Shown here: positions 1-10,513 of the stretch, in pieces
How positions within the stretch are numbered: the stretch's first letter is position 1
Layout of the letters: each line of letters opens with the position of its first letter
Source: a virus
Lineage: Duplodnaviria > Caudoviricetes
DNA length: 64,000 bases
IMG/VR virus record: IMGVR_UViG_3300014039_000311
Span: 28,754-92,753 of that record
Reading direction: 5' to 3' (one strand)
Notes under the pieces: model-generated
What the model was told of the DNA's origin: nothing
Database searches by the model: none
What the model saw: the letters and a program-made list of their open reading frames with translations, nothing else
Made by a program: the position numbers and the translations under genes

Positions 1-198
1 ATAGTTAAACATTTCTATTGCCCTGAATGCGGTGAGGAATTAATAAGCAAAGCACCTCCTATGTTTAATCCATTTACGTATGAACGTATCTGTTTACATG
101 AATGTAAATGTGGCAAACGTTATAATCTCGACTATGCTTATCCAAGGTTTGCCTTGATTAATAAGGACGGTAAAGAAATAAAGGCATTTGGCGTTTAA
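1..198 (+). CDS. partial small zinc-ribbon protein (5' end outside window)
   Basis: Frame 1 reads IVKHFYCPECGEEL...HECKCGKRY...AFGV* to TAA at 196-198; CxxC and CxC motifs. Confidence 0.6.
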   Translation: MVKHFYCPECGEELISKAPPMFNPFTYERICLHECKCGKRYNLDYAYPRFALINKDGKEIKAFGV

Positions 199-203
199 AG
201 ATT

Positions 204-839
204 ATGAGAATTGCAATAGATTTAAATGATGTAGTAAGAGACTACACGAATCAGTTTATTAAATGTTATCAAAAGATAATAGATCCTTCTTTTGAAATTA
301 CGGAAGAAGAAGTTACAGATTTTGATTTCTTTAATATTTTCCCATTCCCAGATCAGGATGGAAATACTGATAAAGACTTGTATTATCGTTTTAAGTACGA
401 AGATGCCGCATATGACTTATTCGGTCGTGCTGAAGTGATGGATAAGAAAATACCTTCTGAAATGTCGCTATGGCTTCAAAATACTCTTAGGAACTTTGAA
501 TATGATAAAATACCTGAAGTATTGTTCGTAAGTCCTTTTGAAATGAATTTAAGCATTCAGTCGACATTGTCTTTTTTAGCCAGAATCGGAACGAGAGTTC
601 GTGAAATTTATTTTCCGACGGACAGTATGACTGTATGGGATAAATGTGACTTACTGATAACTGCGAACCCAAAATTAATCGAAAATGTACCAGAAGGCAA
701 AAAGGTATTCAAGATAGAGACACCTTATAACAAAGAAATAAAGACAGAATATACCTATGAAGGTTTTATTGATGTAATACACGACGAAAATAATGTTTTA
801 TCGGATATAATTGAGAACTATGGAAATACTGAGGTTTAA
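204..839 (+). CDS. HAD-fold 5'(3')-deoxyribonucleotidase-like protein
   Basis: N-terminal IAIDLNDV HAD-like motif I; C-terminal TPYNK typical of NT5C-like phage proteins. Confidence 0.6.
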   Translation: MRIAIDLNDVVRDYTNQFIKCYQKIIDPSFEITEEEVTDFDFFNIFPFPDQDGNTDKDLYYRFKYEDAAYDLFGRAEVMDKKIPSEMSLWLQNTLRNFEYDKIPEVLFVSPFEMNLSIQSTLSFLARIGTRVREIYFPTDSMTVWDKCDLLITANPKLIENVPEGKKVFKIETPYNKEIKTEYTYEGFIDVIHDENNVLSDIIENYGNTEV

Positions 840-1215
840 TGATAAATCGTATACCATTAATATTGACAAATTAATGGAATGGATTAGTTCGTCTGTAAAT
901 GGTAATGATAACCAGTTGCAGACAACGGTAACTGAAGTGTGGGCAAAACCAGATACTGAAATTATCAATGAAGACGGCGAGATAAACGATGACCTTGATT
1001 TGGTATCAAAAGAAATGACGGACGTTAAGTCAGACAACACGGCGATAACGGCTAAATTTGAGATAATGAAAGATATATTAGGTGTCGTGCTAGATATCAA
1101 TTATAATCCTGATGGCTCATTGAAATTAGAGGATAGTTTTACACTAAGTGAAGTATTATGTTTAAATACTTTAGTTAATAATGGAATAATTTATGAAATC
1201 GACGAAAATGAATAA
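811..1215 (+). CDS. hypothetical protein
   Basis: 134-aa ORF overlapping both neighbours in an operon. Confidence 0.6.
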   Translation: MRTMEILRFNDKSYTINIDKLMEWISSSVNGNDNQLQTTVTEVWAKPDTEIINEDGEINDDLDLVSKEMTDVKSDNTAITAKFEIMKDILGVVLDINYNPDGSLKLEDSFTLSEVLCLNTLVNNGIIYEIDENE

Positions 1216-2365
1216 TACGGTTATCGATAGAATTGACAAGGCAATAGCTGACCTTAAAAATAATAATTTCACTATATATTTCTTCATTGCCGACTGTAAA
1301 AATGTTCCAAACAGTAGTATGGAATATATATATGAAATGGCGAAAACTCTCAAGGATAACAAATATAATGTTACAATGCTTTATCAGTTAGACAATGAGT
1401 ATAGTGATGAAGAACTTGATGAATTAAATCGCAAAGAAAAATATATTGACACAAACAAGACATTTATCGGTGTAAGGGAATGGTTAGGTGATGAATACGC
1501 CGACATTCCGCATATGAATATATCAAAAGGAAATTGGTCAGTATCACCTTCTGATTATTTATTTATTCCTGAAGCTTTCTCCTCTTTGATGTATCAGACA
1601 TATAAACTTAACGCCCCTTGTAAACGTTATGTCATTTTACAAAATTATAATTATGTGACTGATTTTATACCTTTGGGTGTCGAATGGAAAAATTATGGTA
1701 TTTGTGATGTATTAGCGTCGACTGATAAATTGGCAAATACGATACAATCTGTATTCCCTTATGTTAGGACTAAGGTTATACCTCCATTTATTAATGAATG
1801 CTATCGAAAGCCTTTAACGCCCCATAAACTTTGCGTAAACGTTATTTCCAAGAAACAAAGTGATGTTAATAATCTAATAAAAACTTTCTATTGGAAATAT
1901 CCTGTGTACAAGTTCATTTCCTTTATGGATGTTAGAAATTTCAGTCGTGAAGAATACTGCAAAGCACTTAAAAACGGTGCGATTACTGTATGGATTGACG
2001 ATGACACTGAGTTTGGGCATACACCTCTACAAGCAATGCGATGTGGTGATATTGTAATCGGAAAAATACCGGAAACGATTCCTGAGTGGATGCAAGATGA
2101 AGAAGGAGTAATTAATAATGGTTTCTGGACATATAATAGAGAAACGTTGCCTGATGTATTAGCAAAAGTAATCGCATCTTGGATGCAAGATGAAATACCA
2201 TCGGAGTTAACAAATAGTGTAGAAAGTACAAATCAAAAATATTCTCATAAAGAATGGAACGAGAATGTGACAAGTTTCATCAAGGCATCCGTCGAGGAAA
2301 GAATTAATGAATTCAAAATGATTAAAGATGGAGAAATCAATAATAATGTAAATGACAATAACTAA
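1193..2365 (+). CDS. glycosyltransferase (GT-B fold-like)
   Basis: EFGHTPLQAMRCG resembles the GT-B E-x-F-G-x-x-x-x-E-A-M motif; IPEA motif in the N-terminal domain. Confidence 0.65.
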   Translation: MKSTKMNNTVIDRIDKAIADLKNNNFTIYFFIADCKNVPNSSMEYIYEMAKTLKDNKYNVTMLYQLDNEYSDEELDELNRKEKYIDTNKTFIGVREWLGDEYADIPHMNISKGNWSVSPSDYLFIPEAFSSLMYQTYKLNAPCKRYVILQNYNYVTDFIPLGVEWKNYGICDVLASTDKLANTIQSVFPYVRTKVIPPFINECYRKPLTPHKLCVNVISKKQSDVNNLIKTFYWKYPVYKFISFMDVRNFSREEYCKALKNGAITVWIDDDTEFGHTPLQAMRCGDIVIGKIPETIPEWMQDEEGVINNGFWTYNRETLPDVLAKVIASWMQDEIPSELTNSVESTNQKYSHKEWNENVTSFIKASVEERINEFKMIKDGEINNNVNDNN

Positions 2366-3183
2366 TGGACATTACAGTAATTTTACCTATACATAAGTTA
2401 GAAAACGAGGATAACGAATATTTGAAGAAATCGTTGGCAAGTTATATTGCCAATACGAAGACCTATTCTCAAGGCGAGCTAAAATTGTTAGTTATTTCTT
2501 CAAAAGAAGCCTTGCAAACCGTTTCTACAATCGTGAATTCAACGATGAATGGCTTAACGAATAATTATTCTATTGTCATTAATGATGGCGACACTGATTT
2601 CTGTTCACAGATTAACGCCGCTGTTAAGCTAATAGACACTGAATTTTTCTCAATTCTCGAAATGGACGATGAATACCAATCCAAGTGGTTTAATATGGCA
2701 TACGAATGGTATAAAGCCGAGACAAGTGCCAGTGTTTTCTTGCCTATTAACGTACAGTATAACGAGGAACATACAAAATGGCAATTCGGTAATGAATTGG
2801 TGTGGGCAAACTCTTTTTCAAATGAATTAGGCGTGATTGATTTTGACTGCCTTGACAATTGTTCGACATTTAATTTGACAGGAGGTATTTTTAACACTAA
2901 TGACTTTATCAAAATAGGAGGCTTGAAACCATCTATTAAAATAGCCTTTAATTATGAGTTCTTATTGAGAGTGACAGACAAAAAGCTTAAAGTTATTGTT
3001 GTACCTAAAGAGGGATATAGACATTTAATCGGTCGAAAAGGCAGTCTTACATCTGAATACGAAGCAACAATAGATGACAAAGACGTGAAAAAATGGTTTG
3101 ATTTAGCCAAATGTGAGTACCCTTATGTGAAGGATAGAAAAAAGAAAATAGTCAGTGATAACAAAAAGGAAATTTTAAAATAA
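2365..3183 (+). CDS. glycosyltransferase family 2 (GT-A)
   Basis: DITVILPIH N-terminus, EMDD DxD-like motif, GGLKP...YEFLLR. Confidence 0.75.
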   Translation: MDITVILPIHKLENEDNEYLKKSLASYIANTKTYSQGELKLLVISSKEALQTVSTIVNSTMNGLTNNYSIVINDGDTDFCSQINAAVKLIDTEFFSILEMDDEYQSKWFNMAYEWYKAETSASVFLPINVQYNEEHTKWQFGNELVWANSFSNELGVIDFDCLDNCSTFNLTGGIFNTNDFIKIGGLKPSIKIAFNYEFLLRVTDKKLKVIVVPKEGYRHLIGRKGSLTSEYEATIDDKDVKKWFDLAKCEYPYVKDRKKKIVSDNKKEILK

Positions 3184-3202
3184 AGATGATAATTCCCTAT
3201 GG

Positions 3203-3958
3203 ATGGAAGAGACAACAGTAACAGTACCGAAGAAAAGAGGCCGAAAGCCATCGAAAAGAAAAAGAAAAGGTTATTTTTACGAAGAACAGGAAGAGGCATT
3301 CATAAAATATGTGACAAGTGAAAGTCAATCGGAGAGAGATAGGATTTTTCGTGACAAACTTTATCCCGCCTTTACTAAGATGATAGAGTCAATCATTAGG
3401 AGATATGATTTATTTACTCCTAATGAAGACTTTGAAGATACTTTCTGTGATACGATGTCTTTCTTGATAACAAAAGTAAATAACTTTGATCCTGCGAAGG
3501 GATATAAAGTATATTCATACTGTGGCACGGTTTGTAAAAACTATTTGATTTACAAACGTACACAGATGATGAAGCAATTACAGAGACAATCATCATATGA
3601 TGTAGTATTCACAAATGGTGACAAGGACAATCGCTCCAACGATAACAGCAAGATAGAAACAATGATTTTCAATAATGATTTAATCGAAGCAACCATTAAA
3701 GAGATTAAAAGAATAATCGACATAGAAAATCCTGTATTAAAGCCTTCTGAAAATGAAATTATCGTCGGCTATTGCCTTATAGAGATGTTAACCAATTGGG
3801 AAGAAATATTTAAACAAATTTCGAGTAAAAAATTTAACAAGACATCTTTCTTGTATTTCGTTAAAGAATATACTAGATTGGAAACCAAGGATATTAGGGA
3901 AGCAATGAAACGTTACAAGGAACTTTATTTCTTTACTAAGCAAAAACTATTAAAGTAA
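3203..3958 (+). CDS. phage sigma factor, T4 gp55-like late-transcription sigma
   Basis: Sigma region-2-like segment FDPAKGYKVYSYCGTVCKNYL; YF...QEEA N-terminal motif typical of gp55-like proteins. Confidence 0.65.
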   Translation: MEETTVTVPKKRGRKPSKRKRKGYFYEEQEEAFIKYVTSESQSERDRIFRDKLYPAFTKMIESIIRRYDLFTPNEDFEDTFCDTMSFLITKVNNFDPAKGYKVYSYCGTVCKNYLIYKRTQMMKQLQRQSSYDVVFTNGDKDNRSNDNSKIETMIFNNDLIEATIKEIKRIIDIENPVLKPSENEIIVGYCLIEMLTNWEEIFKQISSKKFNKTSFLYFVKEYTRLETKDIREAMKRYKELYFFTKQKLLK

Positions 3959-3987
3959 TACTTATCTATAAAGTATAAATAACTAAT

Positions 3988-4407
3988 ATGGCAGCAATAA
4001 AAAAGAGATACAAGTTAAGATTAAATTCACTTGATAAAATTGAAGAATTGTTACAAGAATTATATAACGAAGCAGATAAGAACATTGTCGAAATTCAAAA
4101 TCAAATGAATAAACTGTCAAATTCTGTTGCGTTGAATGATGAAATCATGGATTCTAAGACTAAGTACGCAAAGGCGATGAACGATTTCATTACTAATAAA
4201 GACAAAGCGATAGGAAGAAAATTGGACATTGCCAAATTGATGACTGAGATTCATAAATTCAATGGCGATGTCAGAAAAATGGTAGATAATGAGGAATCGG
4301 TAGGTAATTGGGAAGACTTGAAAGACACTGTTCTGACAACTTCGGACAGTGATGAAAACAATGAGCAGACTGAGACTGACAGTTATTCTATTAACAAACA
4401 TTCATAA
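3988..4407 (+). CDS. hypothetical coiled-coil protein
   Basis: 139-aa helical ORF in virion gene cluster. Confidence 0.6.
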   Translation: MAAIKKRYKLRLNSLDKIEELLQELYNEADKNIVEIQNQMNKLSNSVALNDEIMDSKTKYAKAMNDFITNKDKAIGRKLDIAKLMTEIHKFNGDVRKMVDNEESVGNWEDLKDTVLTTSDSDENNEQTETDSYSINKHS

Positions 4408-4412
4408 ACGAA

Positions 4413-6419
4413 ATGGCGAATATAAAACAAGTTAAAAGTGAATCGTTGGCATTAATTGACGCTGTTATGTCAATATTGGATAAATACCCGAATTTAAGCA
4501 ACGGTAACACATATCTTTCAGTAAATACCTCCACTAATCCCTTTGAGTACCTGATGGACTGCTTCAAAGGGACTATTGGTTATGATGCATTGATAAATAT
4601 AATATCAACTTTTATTTCAACAGGATTACCTGCATTAGAAGTTGCGGTAAAAGGTATATTATTGACTAATATAAAAAACTTATTGACTTGTTCATTAAAC
4701 CCCTTTATTACTGATGAAATATTAAGAGAAGGCATCGTTTTTGATTTGTCACAAATAGATATTACGGACAAATTAAAATATTCCCCATTAAGTTCAAAAG
4801 GTAAATATTATTACTTCGGCTGTGGAAAATGCGAAACCGCCCTTGATGTAAGGGATACCTGTACTAAGAAAAGTAATCTGTTCAAGAATACTCTCGGAGG
4901 TTTCGTTCCATCATATACAAGTGATGAACGTGAGGATTCTGATTTCGATTGTCTCTTATGGTATATGAAAAATCGTGCCGTTAGACGAGAAGTATGGTCA
5001 AGAGACCCTAAGGAGACTGCTAAATCTGCGACGGAGAAAGAAACTAAAAAAGATGGTATATTAACTCTTGAATTTAATGAATCTTCACGCTCGATAAGAA
5101 ATGCTGAAGGGCAACCTTCGTATATGCAAACACCATATCTCAATGTGTTACACGTCTTTATAGGTAACGCCCAAGAAATCGTCGGAAGTAATTATAAAAC
5201 ATATGAGAATGAACTGTCTGATATCGAGATACAATTGAAAGATTGCAATGCTGAAATCGACAAAGGACAGAAACGGATAGATAAAACCAATAACAATATT
5301 ACGAAAATCGAAGAACAATTTCGAGATAATGAAATCGATGAGGATAACTATAATAGGCAGCACACCTCTTTATTGGATAAATTAGCCAAATACGAAGAGA
5401 AAATGTCCGAGCTTGAGAGTGAAAGATGTAAGATATTTGAAGAAAAAGCAAAGGCATTACAGAAATTAAAAAACGCTTCGCAAGACAGAGCATATCGTAA
5501 AATAGACACCAATTATTATCATCACAAGACCTTAATTGAATTTAATACCGATTATGTTAATTCACTACGTCTATTCGATAGTAAAGTTGTCGCTGCAAGA
5601 TTGATAGATAGTTTAACTGGGTTATTATCAATAGACTTAGATTTATCATACAAGCAACTATTGATACGTAACGAGATTAATAAAATGGTTTCAGCTGTAG
5701 TTGAAAGCGATGATGTTGTGGTGAATGATTGTTTCTTCTCTTTCTCGAATGATGAATATAATTCAATGGTTCAAAAGAGTGAATATAATAAAATGGGCTT
5801 GTATTCATCAGATGGTACTAATACATCAGGTGTGAAAATTGATGCGGAAAGTCTATTGCAGCAATTAAACGGTATTGATTCATCTGCAACAAAAGAAGAA
5901 GTCAACACAATTATCAAAGGAAGTATTACTGAGATAAGCAAACAGTTATCAAAAGTCGATTATCTTGAAACAGACCAGTTAAATTTCGGTTTGCAAATAA
6001 ATTTTATCGAAAAACTAATGAACAACCTTGCTAATGTCATTGTTCAATCGATATTGTCACCAAAAGTTTATTTGTTAATATTAATCAATCTGAAACTGTT
6101 AGGGCAGGATGTTAATTTCAATCTTGAAGGATTTATTGAGAAGTTTAAACAACTTATTGTGAATTTGATAAGGTCTATTCGAGATTACTTAATTCAATAC
6201 CTTGTAGATAAATTGATGTCGATATTATCTGATTTGGTAAAAGAAATCGCAATAAAGATAAACATTGAGCAAGCACAATATTATGCACGATTAATCAAGA
6301 AATTGATAGATTGCTTCAAGAATAACGGTAATGGAATGGACATGGACTTTAGTATTGATAATGTCGACTATGCTGACATATATCAGCAAGAAACTGAAAA
6401 TAATACAGATAAATGTTAA
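4413..6419 (+). CDS. hypothetical large protein with central coiled coil (probable virion protein)
   Basis: 668-aa ORF upstream of gp5-like gene. Confidence 0.55.
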   Translation: MANIKQVKSESLALIDAVMSILDKYPNLSNGNTYLSVNTSTNPFEYLMDCFKGTIGYDALINIISTFISTGLPALEVAVKGILLTNIKNLLTCSLNPFITDEILREGIVFDLSQIDITDKLKYSPLSSKGKYYYFGCGKCETALDVRDTCTKKSNLFKNTLGGFVPSYTSDEREDSDFDCLLWYMKNRAVRREVWSRDPKETAKSATEKETKKDGILTLEFNESSRSIRNAEGQPSYMQTPYLNVLHVFIGNAQEIVGSNYKTYENELSDIEIQLKDCNAEIDKGQKRIDKTNNNITKIEEQFRDNEIDEDNYNRQHTSLLDKLAKYEEKMSELESERCKIFEEKAKALQKLKNASQDRAYRKIDTNYYHHKTLIEFNTDYVNSLRLFDSKVVAARLIDSLTGLLSIDLDLSYKQLLIRNEINKMVSAVVESDDVVVNDCFFSFSNDEYNSMVQKSEYNKMGLYSSDGTNTSGVKIDAESLLQQLNGIDSSATKEEVNTIIKGSITEISKQLSKVDYLETDQLNFGLQINFIEKLMNNLANVIVQSILSPKVYLLILINLKLLGQDVNFNLEGFIEKFKQLIVNLIRSIRDYLIQYLVDKLMSILSDLVKEIAIKINIEQAQYYARLIKKLIDCFKNNGNGMDMDFSIDNVDYADIYQQETENNTDKC

Positions 6420-6424
6420 TTTAA

Positions 6425-6820
6425 ATGAGTTGGATTGAAAATATTGCTAATGGTATAAATAAAGCACTTAAGTCGGTTAGACCTGCATTACCCGCAATTC
6501 CTGCGTTATTATTAATCTGTGAACTTAAAAGAAGACCAGGACTGAGTGCCATTGCTTTGACAAGTGCGATTATTAGTCGTCTAAATGAGGCTGGTATTAC
6601 GACGGGTGTAAATGAAGACGGCTCACAAAATAAAATTAACAAATTCGTTAGAATAATGTGTGAGGAAATGATTAACGAAATAAAGGATAATGCTGTCGTT
6701 AATGCTGTTATTGAACCTGGTAGTGTCATTACTACGGGCACAGGTGCTAATGCTGGTGGACCTGTCACAGTTATATCTACGAATACAATGGTTTCACAAT
6801 TATCAGGTTTAATTAGATAG
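6425..6820 (+). CDS. hypothetical (probable baseplate-associated) protein
   Basis: 131-aa ORF with Gly-rich beta C-terminus GTGANAGGPVTV, near gp5-like gene. Confidence 0.5.
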   Translation: MSWIENIANGINKALKSVRPALPAIPALLLICELKRRPGLSAIALTSAIISRLNEAGITTGVNEDGSQNKINKFVRIMCEEMINEIKDNAVVNAVIEPGSVITTGTGANAGGPVTVISTNTMVSQLSGLIR

Positions 6821-6826
6821 AAATAA

Positions 6827-7012
6827 ATGGCAAAGAATTACAATATATTAAGTACATCTGAATTAAAGGATGAAATTAGAAAATTAACCGAACAATTCAA
6901 CAAGGCAAAAGAAACATTATCTGAAAATTATAAGATAATGGAAGAAACTTCTAACAAGTATGAAGAAATTCAAGCTATAATTAATAAGAGGGAAGGAAAA
7001 TCAAATGATTAA
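6827..7012 (+). CDS. small coiled-coil hypothetical protein
   Basis: 61-aa ORF filling the operon gap. Confidence 0.55.
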   Translation: MAKNYNILSTSELKDEIRKLTEQFNKAKETLSENYKIMEETSNKYEEIQAIINKREGKSND

Positions 7013-7871
7013 TATAATACGTTTTTGTGAAGTATTGAGTGTCGTCGATGACAAAGCAGGATTGCGCATCAAAGTTCGTTTAGAACCTGAGGATGCCGAC
7101 TGTAAGTATATCGACGACTTGCCGTATTGTTTTCCTTTATTGCCAAAATTAATACACATTAATCCAAAAGTAGGGGAATGCGTAATGGTGATACTGACAG
7201 ACCCAGATTCACCTAAGGGGAACAGATTATTTATTGGCCCTGTCATCTCTCAGCAATACGGTTTAAATTATGAACCATTTCGCTTTCAATCAAGGGCATT
7301 GTTAAATGGAAATAATTATGCCAAACCATTACCAGATCCTATAATGAATGCTGATAATGATGGCTCATATCCTGATAGAGAGGACGTTGCATTACAAGGC
7401 AGACAAAATGCCGATGTAATATTAAAGGATAATGAGGTAAGAATAAGATGTGGTTTTAAACGTTATCCGAACGGTAAACCTGAGAATACGTTGTTGTTCA
7501 ATCGAGATAACTTATCATATATACAAATGAAGTACAAACAGATGCAGGATGAAAAGAATAAAGATTATGCCTCTTGTATTAACCTTGTTGCTGATAAAAT
7601 TAATTTATTGTCCCATAATTCAAAGACGATGTTTAACCTTAATAATCCGAAGCAACTTATTACCGATGAAGAACAACAAAATATAGAAAAAGAAGCGCAC
7701 CCTATGATTTATGGCGACGAATTGGTGGAATTCTTAAAAAAACTAATAGAAGTTATCAAGACCCACACACACCCATTCTCTATGGATCCACCTTGTTTTA
7801 ATGAACCTAAGACAAAGGTGTTGAACACTGACTTGGACAGTATGTTATCGAAATCAATAAAGTTCAATTAA
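7005..7871 (+). CDS. baseplate hub/spike protein, gp5/VgrG-type OB fold
   Basis: V.SV.DD..GLRIKVR and PKVGECVMVI OB-fold motifs; C-terminal THTH spike-apex motif. Confidence 0.7.
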   Translation: MINIIRFCEVLSVVDDKAGLRIKVRLEPEDADCKYIDDLPYCFPLLPKLIHINPKVGECVMVILTDPDSPKGNRLFIGPVISQQYGLNYEPFRFQSRALLNGNNYAKPLPDPIMNADNDGSYPDREDVALQGRQNADVILKDNEVRIRCGFKRYPNGKPENTLLFNRDNLSYIQMKYKQMQDEKNKDYASCINLVADKINLLSHNSKTMFNLNNPKQLITDEEQQNIEKEAHPMIYGDELVEFLKKLIEVIKTHTHPFSMDPPCFNEPKTKVLNTDLDSMLSKSIKFN

Positions 7872-7879
7872 TATTGTTA

Positions 7880-7912
7880 TAATCGCCTATGGAATGGGCG
7901 ATTAATTTATTT
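7880..7912 (+). terminator. intrinsic terminator
   Basis: taatcgcctat-ggaa-tgggcgatta hairpin followed by T-rich tract. Confidence 0.6.
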
Positions 7913-7943
7913 TACAAATATTTATATTAAAAGTCTTTTTAAT

Positions 7944-9380
7944 ATGGCTATAGTAACAAGGACATATTTGGAAAAATGTAATACTATTGTTAAGGATAAC
8001 CACGCCAACTTGTCTCTGAATCCAATAATGGAGATAAATTACGGTAACATGTTATCCAGGGGTATTATATATTTTGATCATACGAAAGTAAAAAAATTGG
8101 TCGACGATAAAACATATCCTGACATTAATAAGCTAAAGCATATACTACATATGACAAATACATCATCGATTGTTGATAAAAATATAAATCGATGTGGTAT
8201 GGATTCACAAATGGATGGTCATAAGCAACGTGCGGCATCTTTCGACTTAATATTCTTTTTGATACCTAATGAATGGGATAATGGAAAAGGTTTTGACTAC
8301 ATTATGGACTTATACAATGGTGGACATCGTGGCGTAAGTACCGACGGTTCTAACTGGTATAAGTTCCGTAATCATTTTAGATGGATGGAAGATGGAATAT
8401 ATTCAACTGAAACACTATCAAGAGAACTTGATTTAGCGACATCGATGAATGGAAATCTATCTGATAAGATAATAGGTTTTCAACATTTCGACTATGGTAA
8501 TGAAAATATTGAGTTGGATATTACCTGCCTAATGAATAAATTTATTACAGGTGAGATTAAAAACTATGGTATAGGCATTGCTTATGCACCTTCGTTTGAA
8601 GGAATGAATACAAAATTGTCACAGTATGTAGGCTTTTTTACAAATCATACACGTGGCTTTTTTGAGCCTTATGTCGAGACAACATATAATGATATTATAA
8701 AAGACGACAGAACAAATTTCTATTTAGATAAAGACAATAAACTATACTTCTATAGTATTATCGGAGGCAATTACACAAATCTTGATGAAATACCTACTTG
8801 TATAATAAATGATACTAACTATGAGGTAAAACAAGCAACCAAAGGTATCTATTATATCAACATTAATCTATCATCGAATGACTACGATATTGATACAATG
8901 TTATATGATAATTGGTCAAACATAATATACAAAGGTCATCGTTTTAAAGATGTCGAACTACAATTTGTGACGAAATCCGATGAAAGTTACTTTAAATTCG
9001 GTCTTCCTAATGAGGGTAATAACGATAATGAGATTGTTCCTTCGTTATATGGTATCGGTGTTAATGAAAGAATACTACAGGGAGATATACGTAAGGTAAA
9101 TGTAGAATGTAAGATACCTTATAGTAGCAAACAAATGAGAGCAGTCGACGGTCTTGAGTATCGGTTATACGTTAATGAAGGAACTGAAGAATATGAAGTG
9201 ATTAATTGGCAAAAAGTAGAAATAGGGTATAATGAAAATTACTTCTTGATAAATACGAATGAATTAATACCTCATAGATATTTCATAGACATTAAGGTAA
9301 AAAAAGGTCTCGAAGAATTTATTTATAAAAAATCATTGCAATTTGATATTGTCAGTATAACAAATAATAAAAAAGTTTAA
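7944..9380 (+). CDS. probable virion structural protein
   Basis: 478-aa beta-rich ORF preceded by TATTTAT (7919-7925). Confidence 0.55.
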   Translation: MAIVTRTYLEKCNTIVKDNHANLSLNPIMEINYGNMLSRGIIYFDHTKVKKLVDDKTYPDINKLKHILHMTNTSSIVDKNINRCGMDSQMDGHKQRAASFDLIFFLIPNEWDNGKGFDYIMDLYNGGHRGVSTDGSNWYKFRNHFRWMEDGIYSTETLSRELDLATSMNGNLSDKIIGFQHFDYGNENIELDITCLMNKFITGEIKNYGIGIAYAPSFEGMNTKLSQYVGFFTNHTRGFFEPYVETTYNDIIKDDRTNFYLDKDNKLYFYSIIGGNYTNLDEIPTCIINDTNYEVKQATKGIYYININLSSNDYDIDTMLYDNWSNIIYKGHRFKDVELQFVTKSDESYFKFGLPNEGNNDNEIVPSLYGIGVNERILQGDIRKVNVECKIPYSSKQMRAVDGLEYRLYVNEGTEEYEVINWQKVEIGYNENYFLINTNELIPHRYFIDIKVKKGLEEFIYKKSLQFDIVSITNNKKV

Positions 9381-9390
9381 CATAAGAAAA

Positions 9391-9819
9391 ATGATAGCAT
9401 TAAACGAAAACGATTATAGAAACATCATTGAGAATTGCGTCAGAAGACTCATTAAAGAAGACATATACGATGATGAAGAAGAAATAACACCTTTTGATGA
9501 CTATGCGCAAGATTATCCTAACGATGGCTTCAATGTCGATAATATGGATAGGGATGAACTTGCCGAATGGTGTCTTGAAAACGATTTCTTATATATTTAC
9601 AACCCATTCGGTAATTGGCGAATTTCTTGTGCAAACTCAAGTGAAATCCAAGAGGATATTGCGAACGATATACGGAACTGTGCCTATATTGAAAAAACTC
9701 ACGAAATGGATTGGCTGATTGAAAATAAGAAAAATCTATTCGGTTATCGTTCGCACATTGCGGTGTTTAAATTACATAACACCAAGGATGGTGATTATTA
9801 TGTAATTTACGAAGAATAA
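9391..9819 (+). CDS. putative head-packaged protein with LxE leader
   Basis: N-terminus MIALNENDYRNIIENCVRRLIKE. Confidence 0.5.
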   Translation: MIALNENDYRNIIENCVRRLIKEDIYDDEEEITPFDDYAQDYPNDGFNVDNMDRDELAEWCLENDFLYIYNPFGNWRISCANSSEIQEDIANDIRNCAYIEKTHEMDWLIENKKNLFGYRSHIAVFKLHNTKDGDYYVIYEE

Positions 9820-9844
9820 TGATTCTATTTATTAAAAATATATA

Positions 9845-10090
9845 ATGATTACGTTTATATTAGGTGTTTTTATAGGTATTATTCTTGTACCATTGTTAAT
9901 TTACCTTAGGGCAAGAAAATCAGGATGGGATGACAGTAATATATTTAATATATTTAGAGTCTTATGTCACTTGGCATTACATCCAAAGGATTTTATCTTA
10001 ATGCAATATAAGGATGGCACTAAGCCATTTTGGTATCTGACCAAGGATGAATTTTCAGAAATAGTAAAAACGAGACCAAAGATGAATTAA
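9845..10090 (+). CDS. small membrane protein
   Basis: N-terminal hydrophobic helix; TATTTAT at 9826-9832. Confidence 0.55.
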   Translation: MITFILGVFIGIILVPLLIYLRARKSGWDDSNIFNIFRVLCHLALHPKDFILMQYKDGTKPFWYLTKDEFSEIVKTRPKMN

Positions 10091-10128
10091 TATCGATTAA
10101 TAGCCCACTATCTAATGACGGTGAGCTA

Positions 10129-10503
10129 TTAATATTTTATTATTCTAACTAATTTATTCTGTTTTTTCATTACTTTTACAATGTGTTCAGTCCCTTTACT
10201 CTTACCATCCCAAAAAGCTATCAAAGCGTGTGAATATTCTGCCATAATATTATTTCTGACATACCCAGCAGACTTACCATATTTATCCCAATCGGCGGGA
10301 TAACAATAGAGTTGTAAATCGTGATTAATAGCAAACTGTTCTCCTAATCTATCAGCACCTCTTGCACCACCTGATACAATCTCCACTTTATGTGTTTTTA
10401 ACTTATTGGATAATATTTTTAGACATTTATCCTCCAACAATTTATAGTCGTTAAAATCACGTCCTCCTGCTATTATAACTTTGAATATTTTTTTCTCTTT
10501 CAT
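10129..10503 (-). CDS. YspA/SLOG (DUF2493-like) nucleotide-binding protein
   Basis: IIAGGRDF, IVSGGARGAD, AG.VRN, IAFWDGKSKGT motifs. Confidence 0.8.
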   Translation of the reverse strand: MKEKKIFKVIIAGGRDFNDYKLLEDKCLKILSNKLKTHKVEIVSGGARGADRLGEQFAINHDLQLYCYPADWDKYGKSAGYVRNNIMAEYSHALIAFWDGKSKGTEHIVKVMKKQNKLVRIIKY

Positions 10504-10513
10504 ATTAATCGTC

